A DNA stretch of 63,219 nucleotides, filler included, from Basidioascus undulatus (Eukaryota), in assembly GCA_000826855.1 (NCBI GenBank). It is 7 parts of 7 records of this genome, joined end to end, with 100 filler letters (N's around TTAATTAATTAA, not from the genome) between each part and the next. Parts side by side here need not be neighbours in the genome. Positions count along the whole stretch, not along the records: positions 36,600 to 63,219 come from JTLS01000183.1; 6 more parts are not named here. One strand, written 5' to 3'. The notes below the pieces were generated by a model, which ran no database searches, was not told the DNA's origin, and saw only the letters and a program-made list of their open reading frames with translations. The translations under genes and the position numbers were made by a program. This document shows, piece by piece, positions 36,600 through 47,493 of this stretch (its first letter is position 1; each line of letters opens with the position of its first letter).

Positions 36600-38908
36600 C
36601 CTTCTCCGCGCCCTCCGCCGACGCCCCGCCGATGCCCTCCCTCGCCGTCGTCGGGGCGGGCCAAGCGTCCCCCTCCCCCGGGCCCGGGCTCCCGACCGTC
36701 GGGCCCGCCGCCGGCCTCCCGCAGCGCCCGTCCCTCGACGGACACGGCTCCCCCGCCGCCACTGCGGCGCCGCTGAGCGTCATCCCGCCGCAGGGGTTCG
36801 CAAGCCCCGAGGAGGCCAAGCAGGCGTTTGTCGGGCTGCTGAGACGCGTGGGCGTCACGAGCTCGTGGACTTGGGAGGCGACGATGCGGGAGATCATCAC
36901 TGATCCGTTGTGTGCGTCCCATCTCCCCCTCCTTCCCACCTCGCCCAGGAGCTCACCACCCCCCCTCCCCCAGCCCGCGCCCTCCCCACCCTCTCCGAGA
37001 AAAAAGCCGCCTGGTCCGAGTACACCTCCACGCTCGCCGCGTCCGAAGAAGCCGAGCGCAAGAAGCGGCTCGACAAGCTGCGCCCGCAGTGGAAGGACTT
37101 CCTGTCGCGCTCGGGCAAGGTCAAGAGCTACTCGCGCTGGGCGACCGTGCGCGCTGCGATCGAGGCGGATCCGGGGCTGCGGAAGGAGAGCGCGTGGAGG
37201 GGCGTGAAGGATGAACAGGAGAAGAGGGCGCTGTTTGAGGAGTTCGTGCAGGAACTGAAGAGCAAGGAGGCGGTGCGTGGTTCCCTTTTTTCCCTCCCTC
37301 CCTCCCTCCACTGCCCTTCATCTCTTTCCATCGTGTCTTCCTTCCTCTTGAGTTGAGGGCGAGATCTGACTGTGGTGAGTGACGTCCCAGGCCGAGTCCC
37401 GCGCCCTCCGCACGTCCAACCTGCAGAAGATCTCGACCTACCTGTCCTCCGTCCCGCTCGACATCGCCTCGCGCTGGGCCGAGTTCCGCGCGGACCTGAC
37501 GGCGAGTTCCTTCTGGCGCGCGGACGACGACCTCCGGCGCGTCGAGATGCTCGACGTGCTCATCGCGTTCGAGGACGCGATGCGCGACGTGGAGAAGACG
37601 TGGGAGGAGAAGCGCAAGCGCGAGCGGGTGGAGAAGAGACGGGAGGAGAGGAGGAGGAGGGAGGGGTTCGTGGTAAGTCTTGGTTGGCTTCTCTTCCATC
37701 TCGCTCTTCTTCTGCTTTCTTTCTTCCGTCTTTCTCTTTCGTTACCCACGTGCAAGGATGAAAATGGTTTGGCTGACGGTGTGGTGGCCAGGCCCTCCTC
37801 GACGAGCTCCTCGCCGCAGGTCACATCACCCCCTACACGACGTGGTCGACGCTCCTGCCGCTGCTCAAGCAAGACGCGCGGTACGACGCAGTGCTCGGCA
37901 ACCCGGGCTCCTCGCCGCTCGAGCTCTTCTGGGACGTCCTCGACGCGCTCCACGTCCGCGTCGAGCGCGTCGCGGCCGCCGTGGAGAAGAAGCTATCTGC
38001 TGCTGGGCAGGTAGTCGGGGAGGAGACGACGCTTGAGGCGTTTGAGGGGTGGGTTGCTGGCTGGGGTGAGAGTGGGGGGGAGGTGGATTGGGACGGATGG
38101 GAGAGGGGGTTGATCTTTGAGCATGTGAGTGGAGCGCCTCTAGCGGACTTTCTGCAGGGGTACTAACTCTGCGTCGGCGCGACAGCTGAGGGACAAGGCC
38201 CTCGCCAAGGCGAAGGAGGAGCGCCGGCGCGCGGAGAAGAAGCGCCGGTACGCGATCGACGACCTCCGCTCGGCGCTCAAGAAGGTCGACCCCCCCACGG
38301 ACATCAACGCGTCGTACGAGGAGGTGCGCGCCCGCTCCCCACTTCCCCTTCATCCCCATCCTTCGATTTCTTTCTTTCCTTCCTTCCTTCCGCCGGCGGC
38401 TAATCACGTCGGAATCGGGATTGTGGTACGCTAGATCGTGCCCGTCATCCAGGGCCTGGAGGAATACAAGGCGCTTGAGGGCGACGACGATGCGCGCAAG
38501 ACGGCCTGGGAGAAGTTCGTGCGGCGGCAGAAGGTTCCGTCCCCGTCCTTTTCTCTTCCCCTCCCTTCCCCTCCGTCTCTCGCCTCCGTTCAGTCCTAAC
38601 CTCCTCCATTCTCTCGCGGCACACAGGAAAAACTTGCCGAGCGCGTGCGCGACTATTCAGACACCGAGTCCGTCCACTCCTCGCGCCGCCGCGGGAGCGA
38701 CCGCGACCGCGACCGCGACCGCTACCGGGACGAGAGGGAGTATGAGCGCCGCCGTGGCTCGGGGAGGAGGTACGACGACGTAGAGCGCGAGAGGGAGAGG
38801 GAGAGGGAGAGGAGACCGAGGGAAAGGGAGGGCGAGGAGGAGGATGCTGGGAGGGGAGAGAGGAAGAGGAGGAGGGCGGAGAGTCCCGAGGAAGGGGAGG
38901 TGGTTTGA
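36600..38908 (+). CDS. PRP40: U1 snRNP protein Prp40 (FF domains), 5'-partial
   Basis: EEAKQAFVGLLRRVGVTSSWTWEATMREIITDPL, ALPTLSEKKAAW, VKSYSRW, LGNPGSSPLELFWD, RYAIDDLRSALKK, AWEKFVRRQK, an RD/RE tail and SPEEGEV. Multiple GT-AG introns. Confidence 0.93.
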
Positions 38909-39569
38909 TGTGAGGGGAGGGGCGGATGGATGGAGGAGAGGAGTAGGGGAAGGAGGCAATTTAGTGTGGTGCTTTGGTTGTATGGTGAATCCATCGTGGA
39001 TCTCTTCATTTCCTGCAGACCCCTTTGTTACTCTTGATACGTGTACATTTGTCTTTATCATCTGCTCTGCACACTTTCGAAAAGAAAAATGTTCACCTCG
39101 AGCAGCGCGGTGTATCGATATTATCGAGGCGGAACGCGGGGGAATGTCAATATCTCCCGCAGCAGTTCATTTGATGACTATTTCGTGCAACGCGCGATAC
39201 GTTCTGGCCACCTGATCTGCATTTATAACACATGCGACGCGAATTAATCCATTTGCACAATGCCCTTTCGCACAGAAAAGAGGGCAGCTGAAAGAGGGGA
39301 GGGAACAGCGACCGCCTGAGATGAAGGGGCGCTAGGGCCGCAGCGGGGCGTGGAGGGCACGCCGAGAACTGTCCACTTTCAGGGACGGTCCGCTCCGCTC
39401 CCACTGTGTATAAACTTACATGCTTATTATCAGCGCAATATCGAGAGGCTTGTAATCTTATGCAAGTCATCTCGGAATGATTGAAAGGTCGCCTGAACGA
39501 CGCGTGGAGCGCGCCCTCACCCTCAACCACCATCCCCCTCGCGCGCCCTGCCACGCTATATACCCCAGC

Positions 39570-40625
39570 ATGACGACCACTGTACTGGACCCAGCGCAGG
39601 GACGGAGGAGCGCGGATTGCGCCAGCGACTCGGAGGACGAGTACTTGGCGCAAGTGCGCTTGAGCAGAGCGCGTGAGCAGACTCACGGAGGTGAGTTCCC
39701 TCCCGACGCACAACCTCATTTGCCTCGAGAGACTCGTTCACGCTCACGCTTGATCATTGGCACTTGATCTGACAGATGAGATCAGGCGCGTACGCACGTG
39801 GCGTCGCGAGCTGCAGCGCTTCTTTCTGGGGAGGCATAGGCCCAAGGCCGGAGTGCGTCGGTCGTGCTTTGCGGGCGGGCGGGCGCTCATCGCGTCGAGG
39901 ATCGCTCATCTTTCTTGTGCTGCCCCATTCGATCAGGACATGCCTCGAGCCAACGAGCTGTTCGAGGCTGTGGAAAGCGCCGAGCACATGATCGACGCCG
40001 TTGTCGAGGTCCGCCCGAAGGTCCCTGGCCTTGACATATTGACAACGCTGACGAAAGCACGAGCCAAAGCAGTCTAGAATCTACATATGCATGCACAAGA
40101 TAGCAAAGATGCCGAATATCCCGCGCGAGGACGAGTTCCACTTACGGGATCGCGCGGCGAAGCTCGTCGCAGGCTGGCGGACCTTGCCGAAGCTGTATCG
40201 GACACTCGCCGAAGCCGAGGGAGGCCATGCGGGCGCGAAGTTGGAGGGGGCGGAGATGTCGGCGGTACCGCCGGAGGAAGAGGGGACTGGAACAGCTACG
40301 AAGGAGAACGATGCGGTGGGAGAGGTTGGCAAAGCGGTGGAGAACCTGCGCATCGAGGTGCGCCGTACAGCGTTTCCGCCCGCGCAGAAGCTGGCGCTTG
40401 ACGCTGATTCTCGATCGCAGGAGGGTGGGGAGCTGAAGGCGGAGGGAAGCAAGGCGCCGAACGGTGACGGGGCAGTCGAGAAGCAGACGCAGTCCGAAAC
40501 ACCCAAGGCGTGTCGCCTCACTTCGCTGTCGTCCAGCAAGAACTGACCGTCGCTTGTCCTTTCCGCAGGACGAATCTTCTAAGCCTGAGCCCGTATGTGA
40601 AAGCGTAGCGTACCGCCGCCGCTGA
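39570..40625 (+). CDS. Small protein with a TFIIS-N/IBD-like helical domain resembling the C-terminus of fungal PWWP proteins; no PWWP domain
   Basis: Spliced product DEIRRVRTWRRELQRFFLG..DMPRANELFEAVE..SRIYICMHKIAKMPNIPREDEFHLRDRAAKLVAGW. Exon 1 (39570-39690) is in phase with exon 2 at 39776. The 3' end is uncertain (40546 or 40625). Confidence 0.65.
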
Positions 40626-41765
40626 TACGCTCTGCTAACATTCCGCTCCGCGTGTCAAAGACTGCGATTGATGGAGTTACCGCGGGACTTCGGAAGAAGG
40701 TGAGCCCCTTCCAGATCAATGAAGCGAGATCAAGCGTAGAATGGCTATCGCACTTCGGTACAAAGCAGAACGGGGGCCCCGGTCGCGGATCGTTAGGCGG
40801 CAAGTCGCACTCTCCCCCTCGCTCCGGAACAAGGCTACCCGTCAATCTGAAGGTGGGGAGCTCGTCTAAACGGATTCCGATCCGCTGTGCAATGCTGACG
40901 CGGACCGCTGCGCAGTTCTCCTTGGACGTCAATATCGACTCGACGCAGCTGAGAGACGGGCATTACGACATTGCGATCGAGAGCAGGGACGATGGGCAGA
41001 TCCACGTCGCCCGTTGGTTTTTTGTAGGCAACTCTTCGTAACGAATCCATACGTACAGATTGACGTGATCGACTTGAATTGGTCATGTTGGCGAAGATTT
41101 CACGTAACGGATGTCCTTTTGTGGGGACTGGAAGCGTACCCATGCAGGCGTGTGCTAATGCGAATCTCGGCTACTGAAGTACTGTCCAACATTCGCAATC
41201 TGGAAGTTGATCCAGGTCGGAGTCTGCGCCGATGAACCGAAGCACGCAATATTCGCGGAGTTCGAAGTGTAGCCAGTGTACGCAGAGGCAGCCATGCGAG
41301 TCGACCGACAGAAGAAGGCGAGAATCAGATGCCCCCCAATACTAGTACTGCAATTTCGCCGTGCCCACCAACAGATCGTCCCACATCCCCTTGTTCTCCA
41401 GCAGCAGCCCCGCCTCGTGCACCTCGTCGGGAACGAAGCGGTGCTCGACCTGCACGACCGCAAGCTTCATCTTCTTGACCAGCGCGAACTGCTCATCACG
41501 CAGCAGCTCGGCTCCGCCCGTCTAATCGCCGCATCTCATGTCAGCTCATTTTAATCGCTGTAGTCAGAAGGAAAATGACCTGCCTGGACAAAGACCTTCG
41601 TCCCGCGCAGGTAAGCCATGCATTCAGCGGGGTTGGTCGCGAGCACAGGCGAGAAGTAGGGGACTCGGGGTACTGCCGCAGGAGGGAGTCGACGAAAGTG
41701 CGCCCGGAACTGGATATGATGTCCACGCCTGCGTTCTCGCGATGCGATGGGAAGGAGATGGTCAT
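40600..41765 (-). pseudogene. Disrupted hypothetical gene
   Basis: Coding-like frame ELLRDEQFALVKKMKLAVVQVEHRFVPDEVHEAGLLLENKGMWDDLLVGTAKLQY*YWG.. with in-frame stops. Confidence 0.35.
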
Positions 41766-42963
41766 GTCGGCGGTGGGCTGGCAGGAAGAAGGCAAAACGG
41801 GGAAGGGCGAAGAGGGGATTTTCAGCGGGTCGGACCAACAGATTAAGGGAAGATTTGACCGGGAGGGAACACGCACGGAAAAGAGTGCTACTCGTCCAGG
41901 AAGCTCGACAGAAGGGCCCTGGGCGTCGGCTTTGAGCTCCGCGAGGTAGCGAGTTCTGCGGGAAGTGTCACTAAGCCTATTACTTCTTCAAAAGAGGGAA
42001 AGAGGGGAACTAGACTTATAGCATATTGCACAAGTGACCGCCAGCCGAATCGCCCGTCAGCAGCACGATGGCCGGGTCGAGCCCGAGCCTGCCGGACTCG
42101 AAGGGAAAGACGAGGCGAAGGTAGCCTGCGAGTGCGTCAAGCAGCGCCGCGGGCTGCCGGAAGTGGGAGCAACAGAAAGAGGCAGCAGTCAGTATTAATT
42201 TCAGTCAAGGACGAAATAGCACGGGGAGACGTACAAATGCCGAGTCGTCTGTGAGGGCTTTCCGGTAGTTGACTGCGAAACAGCGAAGGCCGGTGACACG
42301 GGGAATATCCCATGCCGTCCTGATCAGGGGATGTCCGGAAGGTATCCCTGTAGAGAATCAACCGATGAGACCTTCTTCGTATGGATTCTAGAAGAGCATG
42401 CAGATGGACTTCACCGCCCACGAGGTAGTATAGGACCCCTCTCTCCTCGGTAACTCACATGAAAGACGTCGAACTTTCGCAGGCTCGACCAGGGGTCGGC
42501 GCAGGTTCCCGTTTTCGGTGCCCGAGAGGCCTGGCGTGCACATTGATCTTGAAGCGACGGCGCATTCGAGCTATCGGCGAGATCAGTATTCGTCGTGCGC
42601 CACGCGCTTCTGGGCGTGGTCGGTACCTTGGAAGCAGTGCCAGACCCCAGAAAACTTTCTCAGAGTCGTACCTCTCATCGCCGCTTCGATGCTTTGAGAA
42701 ATAGTGTGCAGCTTCTATAAGATATTGTCAAAATATGCAAGCACCGAAGAGAAATGCGTGGAGAAAAGAGTACAGCAACACAACCCTGAATGCTACGCGT
42801 TGGCTGGTTCGCGTTCTTTGCAGTCGGGCTACCGTTTCTTGAAGCTGAGACATGCCCTGATATAGCCGGACTGTGTGACATCAGGCGGCAAAAGAGAAGC
42901 TGGCCACGAAAGATAGGCCGCTGCAACATTTTTAGGGTCCTGATGTTACGGGTTAGTGGTAGG

Positions 42964-43250
42964 GTGATGGATATCTTTATTGAGTTGTTTGTTTGGAAAA
43001 CAATAACAAAACTTTTGAAGACAAACGAAACTCACTTTCGCGACCCTGGTGGTTGCGTTGTCCATTAGCAACCTACGCCAGGTGCGGCACCGTCGCACCC
43101 GAACTGTATTGCACTGGGTGAATGCACGAACATATGCCGGTGATAAAGGCAACCCCGAGGGTTGCAACAATGAGTGTCTGTTTTGTTAAAGTTTGTCCAA
43201 CAATTATTCAATAATTTCCAATCAAAAGAAAGAAAATAACATATCCTCAC
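42964..43250. mobile_element. AT-rich degenerate inverted repeat (MITE/foldback-like)
   Basis: Arm 42964-43056 (GTGATGGATATCTTTATT..TTGGAAA..AAACTTT..ACTCA..GCGACCCTGGTGGTTGC) aligns with the reverse complement of 43149-43250. Confidence 0.6.
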
Positions 43251-44298
43251 ACAGGCGTGTCTCCATACAGGCCTAACCTCGTACAGACACAACCTCATGC
43301 AGGCACATACCCTTGCACGTACATATCCTCACACAGAACACTTTACACGAGACACACACCATACACTAAACACGTACATACGACCCCTACGCAAGACGTG
43401 CCCCGACGTGACACAAATGTCTCAGACTCGAGACAGGTCGTACCTACCCGCACACTTACCGACATACGTAACGTAGTGCCGGCAGTGCACAGTGAGACTA
43501 AAGGAACAGTCAGGGATGTCAAGGGGACCTGTGGAGACCTGGCCTAACCTGGTCCTTCATTTCCCGAGGCACGCGCAGCAAGTGCGCGTGGGTAGGTACT
43601 GGAGGCTGCTGTGAGAGACTGGTTACTGTGGTCCCCGGGATGCGAGAAGGCCCGCTGGCGGGGCCCTAAGTTGGGTAATGAGGGGACCCGGTAGGAGCCG
43701 CGTCCTTCTCCTGGCTCAGCCCAGCCAGCGCACTACTACCAATTTTAGCCCTGTTCGCGGCCGATAATAATGCTTGGTAGAATGGTGTCTTAACGAGGGG
43801 GTTTATTCTACCGATCCATATCGGCGGCAGAGACGTTGATACCCCAGAGTAGTGATCTTCGCTTGCCCTGGGAATGCGCCACGACTTCCGCACTCTGTCA
43901 CAGCAATTAATCGAGAAGTTCGCCCAGGGAGGTGGGCCAGGCACCGAACCGACAATATCTGCCTCCAGATCTGCAAGAAGCACCCGCAGGTTCATCCTTA
44001 AGAACTTCGACCCATAGCCCACATCCCACTCTCCGCCGCCATTGTTAACTGGAACTCTCCGGAGACGCTTGCTAAATGCCAGAGTACGTAGGACCATAAC
44101 CACTTTGGGGTCTGTTCGAACGCTTATTCACGTCCTTGCTCACGCTTCTCCAGCTGCCTTGATCTCCTTGATCTTCGCTTTGCTGGGCTTCTGGCTGCGG
44201 GAGGCTATTGGAACCTTCGCCTTTGATTGGAGCATCATCACTGGGTGGGGATTCTTGCTTTAAGCTTGTGCAACTAACTCTTGGTCGCCGTCAATCAG

Positions 44299-45440
44299 GA
44301 AGCGACGATGGAGATGGCCTATGCTGCTCTACTTCCCGCCCGGCACGCTACTTCGGTGGTCTCATCGGACTCCTCGTGAACATCCCGCGGTCCTATTCCG
44401 TGTCACTGGGTAAAGTGGACTGCCATGGTCTCTACATATTGGTTGCCGTTTCTGCTCTTCTAAGCAGTGTATGCTCTTCCGGATTGCTTCTGCTCAGGTA
44501 CGCTGTTCTAGCGCTGATTCAGCCTCTTGAACATTACTCACCGCCATACGGCCTTTTCAATGTGGCTGTGTGGAGAGGTACTATGTGGCTCGCGATTCCC
44601 CTCGTGTTGGTCCACATGGGTCAAGCGGTTACGTTCGCGTACAGTGCTCCATTTTCTTCCCTCCCTCCCAAGTGGTTCACTAGCTCGAGTAACGAACCAG
44701 ATGCCTACGCTATCAATGCGCAATGGAGTGCTCGCGGTGGCTGTGTCATCATGGAAACCAAGTCCAGCAGTCTCGCGGCCGCACAGTGAGTGTTTGGACG
44801 TCAGAGTGTTTACCTGATACAGAGGCTGACCTCAATCGAATGCGGGACGCATATGGTACACAAGCCGAGGGAAGGTGGCGTCCGGTCTGTCAACACTCAT
44901 CTTCCAGGATGGTCTCGTGAGTTTTCGGTCGATCTTATCGGTGCGGTGCAACCTACTGACGATAAACTCCAGTCGTACTTCCTGGTTTCGAGTGTCGGTA
45001 CTGAGTACGTCCCAGAGCCATCGTTATGATTTGCGTCGCCGAGCTGACCCTCACTGCTGTTGCGGTGTTGCCAGATCTCAGTACGCAGCACAAACTCAGT
45101 ATTTCGTAGCGTTGGGCTAATATCAACATTGGTGTCGAACAGATGTGGTGAATCGCAGTCTTTCGCGGATACTGCACATTCCTTTGCTGACCCCATGAAA
45201 TGCAGCTCGATAATGGCGTGCCGCCTGTTCATGCGCCTGGCCGTCTACGGATCTCAAGATCAGTCAGTGTCGACCCATTCCAGTCCCAAAAGAAGCGCTC
45301 ATTCAAAGGCTGTACTTATTAGTGTTCGGAGCTCGGAAAACTCGCGGTCCTGGACGCGGAATCGCAGTCTCGCCCAAAACACCTTCCCTCAGGAAAACAT
45401 CCGAATATCGATTCACCGCTTTGTCGAGACGGACGACTAA
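44299..45440 (+). pseudogene. DUF6533-like multi-pass (GPCR-like) membrane protein, frameshifted and lacking its first exon(s)
   Basis: KRRWRWPMLLYF/ARYFG, C..LY..SS.LLLLR, AVWR, GGCV, LSTLIFQDGL/YFLVS and SSIMACRLFMRL. A CCCG duplication lies at 44335-44342. Confidence 0.6.
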
Positions 45441-45908
45441 GAAGATCAAGGGTCGTTCGCCATCTTGAACAGCCAGAAGAGCGAGGGCAGCCCGTCCATG
45501 AAGATGCTTCCGGATTCGGAGGAGCGGAATATGGCCACTGTCTAGCGACACGATGTATGAGTTGGTCTGGACGTTTGCGTGGCAGGTTCATATTTATTGC
45601 ATTCATTCCGCTTCCTGGAGCCGAGGTCTTCGGATGCACGGTTTCCATTGTAATATAGCATTGTGTCGATGCTTTGCCATCCTGACCTTGCAATCAGTTG
45701 GCGCTCCTGCCTTTCATAAACGTAGAGTTTCGTACGATGCTCTCAACGCTGAACGCAATACCGACTCTGTGGGCAGATTTTTCTTCGGTGATTTAACAGC
45801 GATGAGCAGCTTCAGCCCACGGCTGAATTGCTGCGTGACCCGCCAGACGCACAGGCATGCGCAGGCGGCACCGACTCGAGCTGTGAAAATCTATAACTGG
45901 ATCCGAAG

Positions 45909-47081
45909 TCATGCTGCCATATACTCCTCATCCTCATCACCACCAGTCTGCGGAACCCCGGGCAGCTTCGCAGCCTGCCATGCGAACGCGGCAGCCCCCG
46001 CAAGCTCCAACGCGGTGTGCAACGACAGGCCGGGTTGAGCGTCGTACCGGCCGATGACGAACGGCACTAGTAGCAGCGGGCCTCCGCGCGAGAGAAATTT
46101 ACGTGCCGTGAGCTTGTGGCTGCCGGCGAACGTGCGAATGCGGTGGTTGAAGAGTAGCTGGAGGATGCGCGTAGTGAGGAGGCCCGAGGGTGAGAGGACC
46201 CACATGGCGGGCCGAGCGCAAAGCTGTGGAGACCCGAGAAATGCCAATCAGCGTTTCGAACCCAAGAAAGATGAGGTTGATTCAAGTGTGGAGGAGATGA
46301 ATTCGCTCTTACGGCCAGGTGCGGCGCGGAAGGAGCTTGACCCCAGCACTGTCAGTGCCGTGAACGTTGCGTAGGAAAATAAGAATTTCGAGCCGGAGTC
46401 GGGACATCCGTAAAGTCGCGATTGAGAGAAAGAAACTCGGGTTTGGGAAGTTCGATCGATGGCAGTTCCTATGCGAGTTTTAGGGTCGTAGAACTGTTCG
46501 AAGCAAGGTGACGGAGTTGCTTGAAACGGTCGAGTGCAAAAACGACAAGTTCGGCCTTGTCCTGAGGTAAGTTGACGTGGAACTCAAGTCGGACTAGGCT
46601 GTTGGCGCAGGCACGATTCAGAGCATCCAATGTCTTGAAACCAACACGATAGCCCCAAGACGCATCGTCGAGCGAATGAGGTGAGACCGGTAAGATGAGA
46701 GACAAGCGACGGAATGTCGGTCGTGTCAATGGAGCTAGAGGATCCAGCGTCTATACAGACGTAGAGCTTTCGGACATGATGGCCAAAAGGTGAAGCGCGC
46801 TGCTCGGAACGCAGAAGCGCCTCGAAGAGAAACTCGATCGAAGACAGAGATCGCAAAACGATCGTTGTGACGGGGTGAATTCGAGCGAGAGGCTGCAATA
46901 CTGCAATCAGAATGGTCCTCTCAGCAAAGTATGATTTAGATTGAGACAGTGCGATTTCACATGGAGCTCTTGAGAGGAGAGCGCAACGAGTTGCCACAGC
47001 TTCGGGGGTACCGGCGGTCGCGAGAGCGAAAATGTGCGAAGCGATTTCGACAGAGACAGCTCGAAGAGGGCTTGCATCCAT
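45909..47081 (-). pseudogene. F-box/LRR-like family member A (disrupted)
   Basis: MDASPLRAVSVEIASHIFALATAGTPEAVATRCAL..GHHVRKLYV..LDALNRACANSLVRLEF..ALDRFKQLRHL. Frame change near 46700 and a stop at 46469. Confidence 0.65.
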
Positions 47082-47493
47082 TTTGATGTTCAATGCAAGG
47101 ATTGTTATGGAAGAGAACGGAGTCGGTGGTTGCTGAGAATAGGGAACGAAGGAGAATTGGGGCCTGTACGGGCCTGTACGAGGAAATGCGCTTTCGGCTC
47201 TTATGAATTCGGAGCGTCCGCTTGCATTGCCTGCAGTGGAAGGCTTGAACGCTGAACGAGTTTGAGTGTACACCGCGGCCTCACGCTTGCAGTCTTGCAA
47301 TAGTAAAAAGAAAAAAAGGCATTAAACAAAGACGCCGAGACGAGGCCTTTTCGTTCTCAAAGCTTCTGCCCGAAAGCCAACAGACGAGAGACTTGCTCGC
47401 TCTCTGCCGATGAAGTGCACATAATTCACGCGCCAACGTGTTCTCAGAGTGTTCCATCATATGCAAACCAACGACAATGAGAAGGGGTCAATC

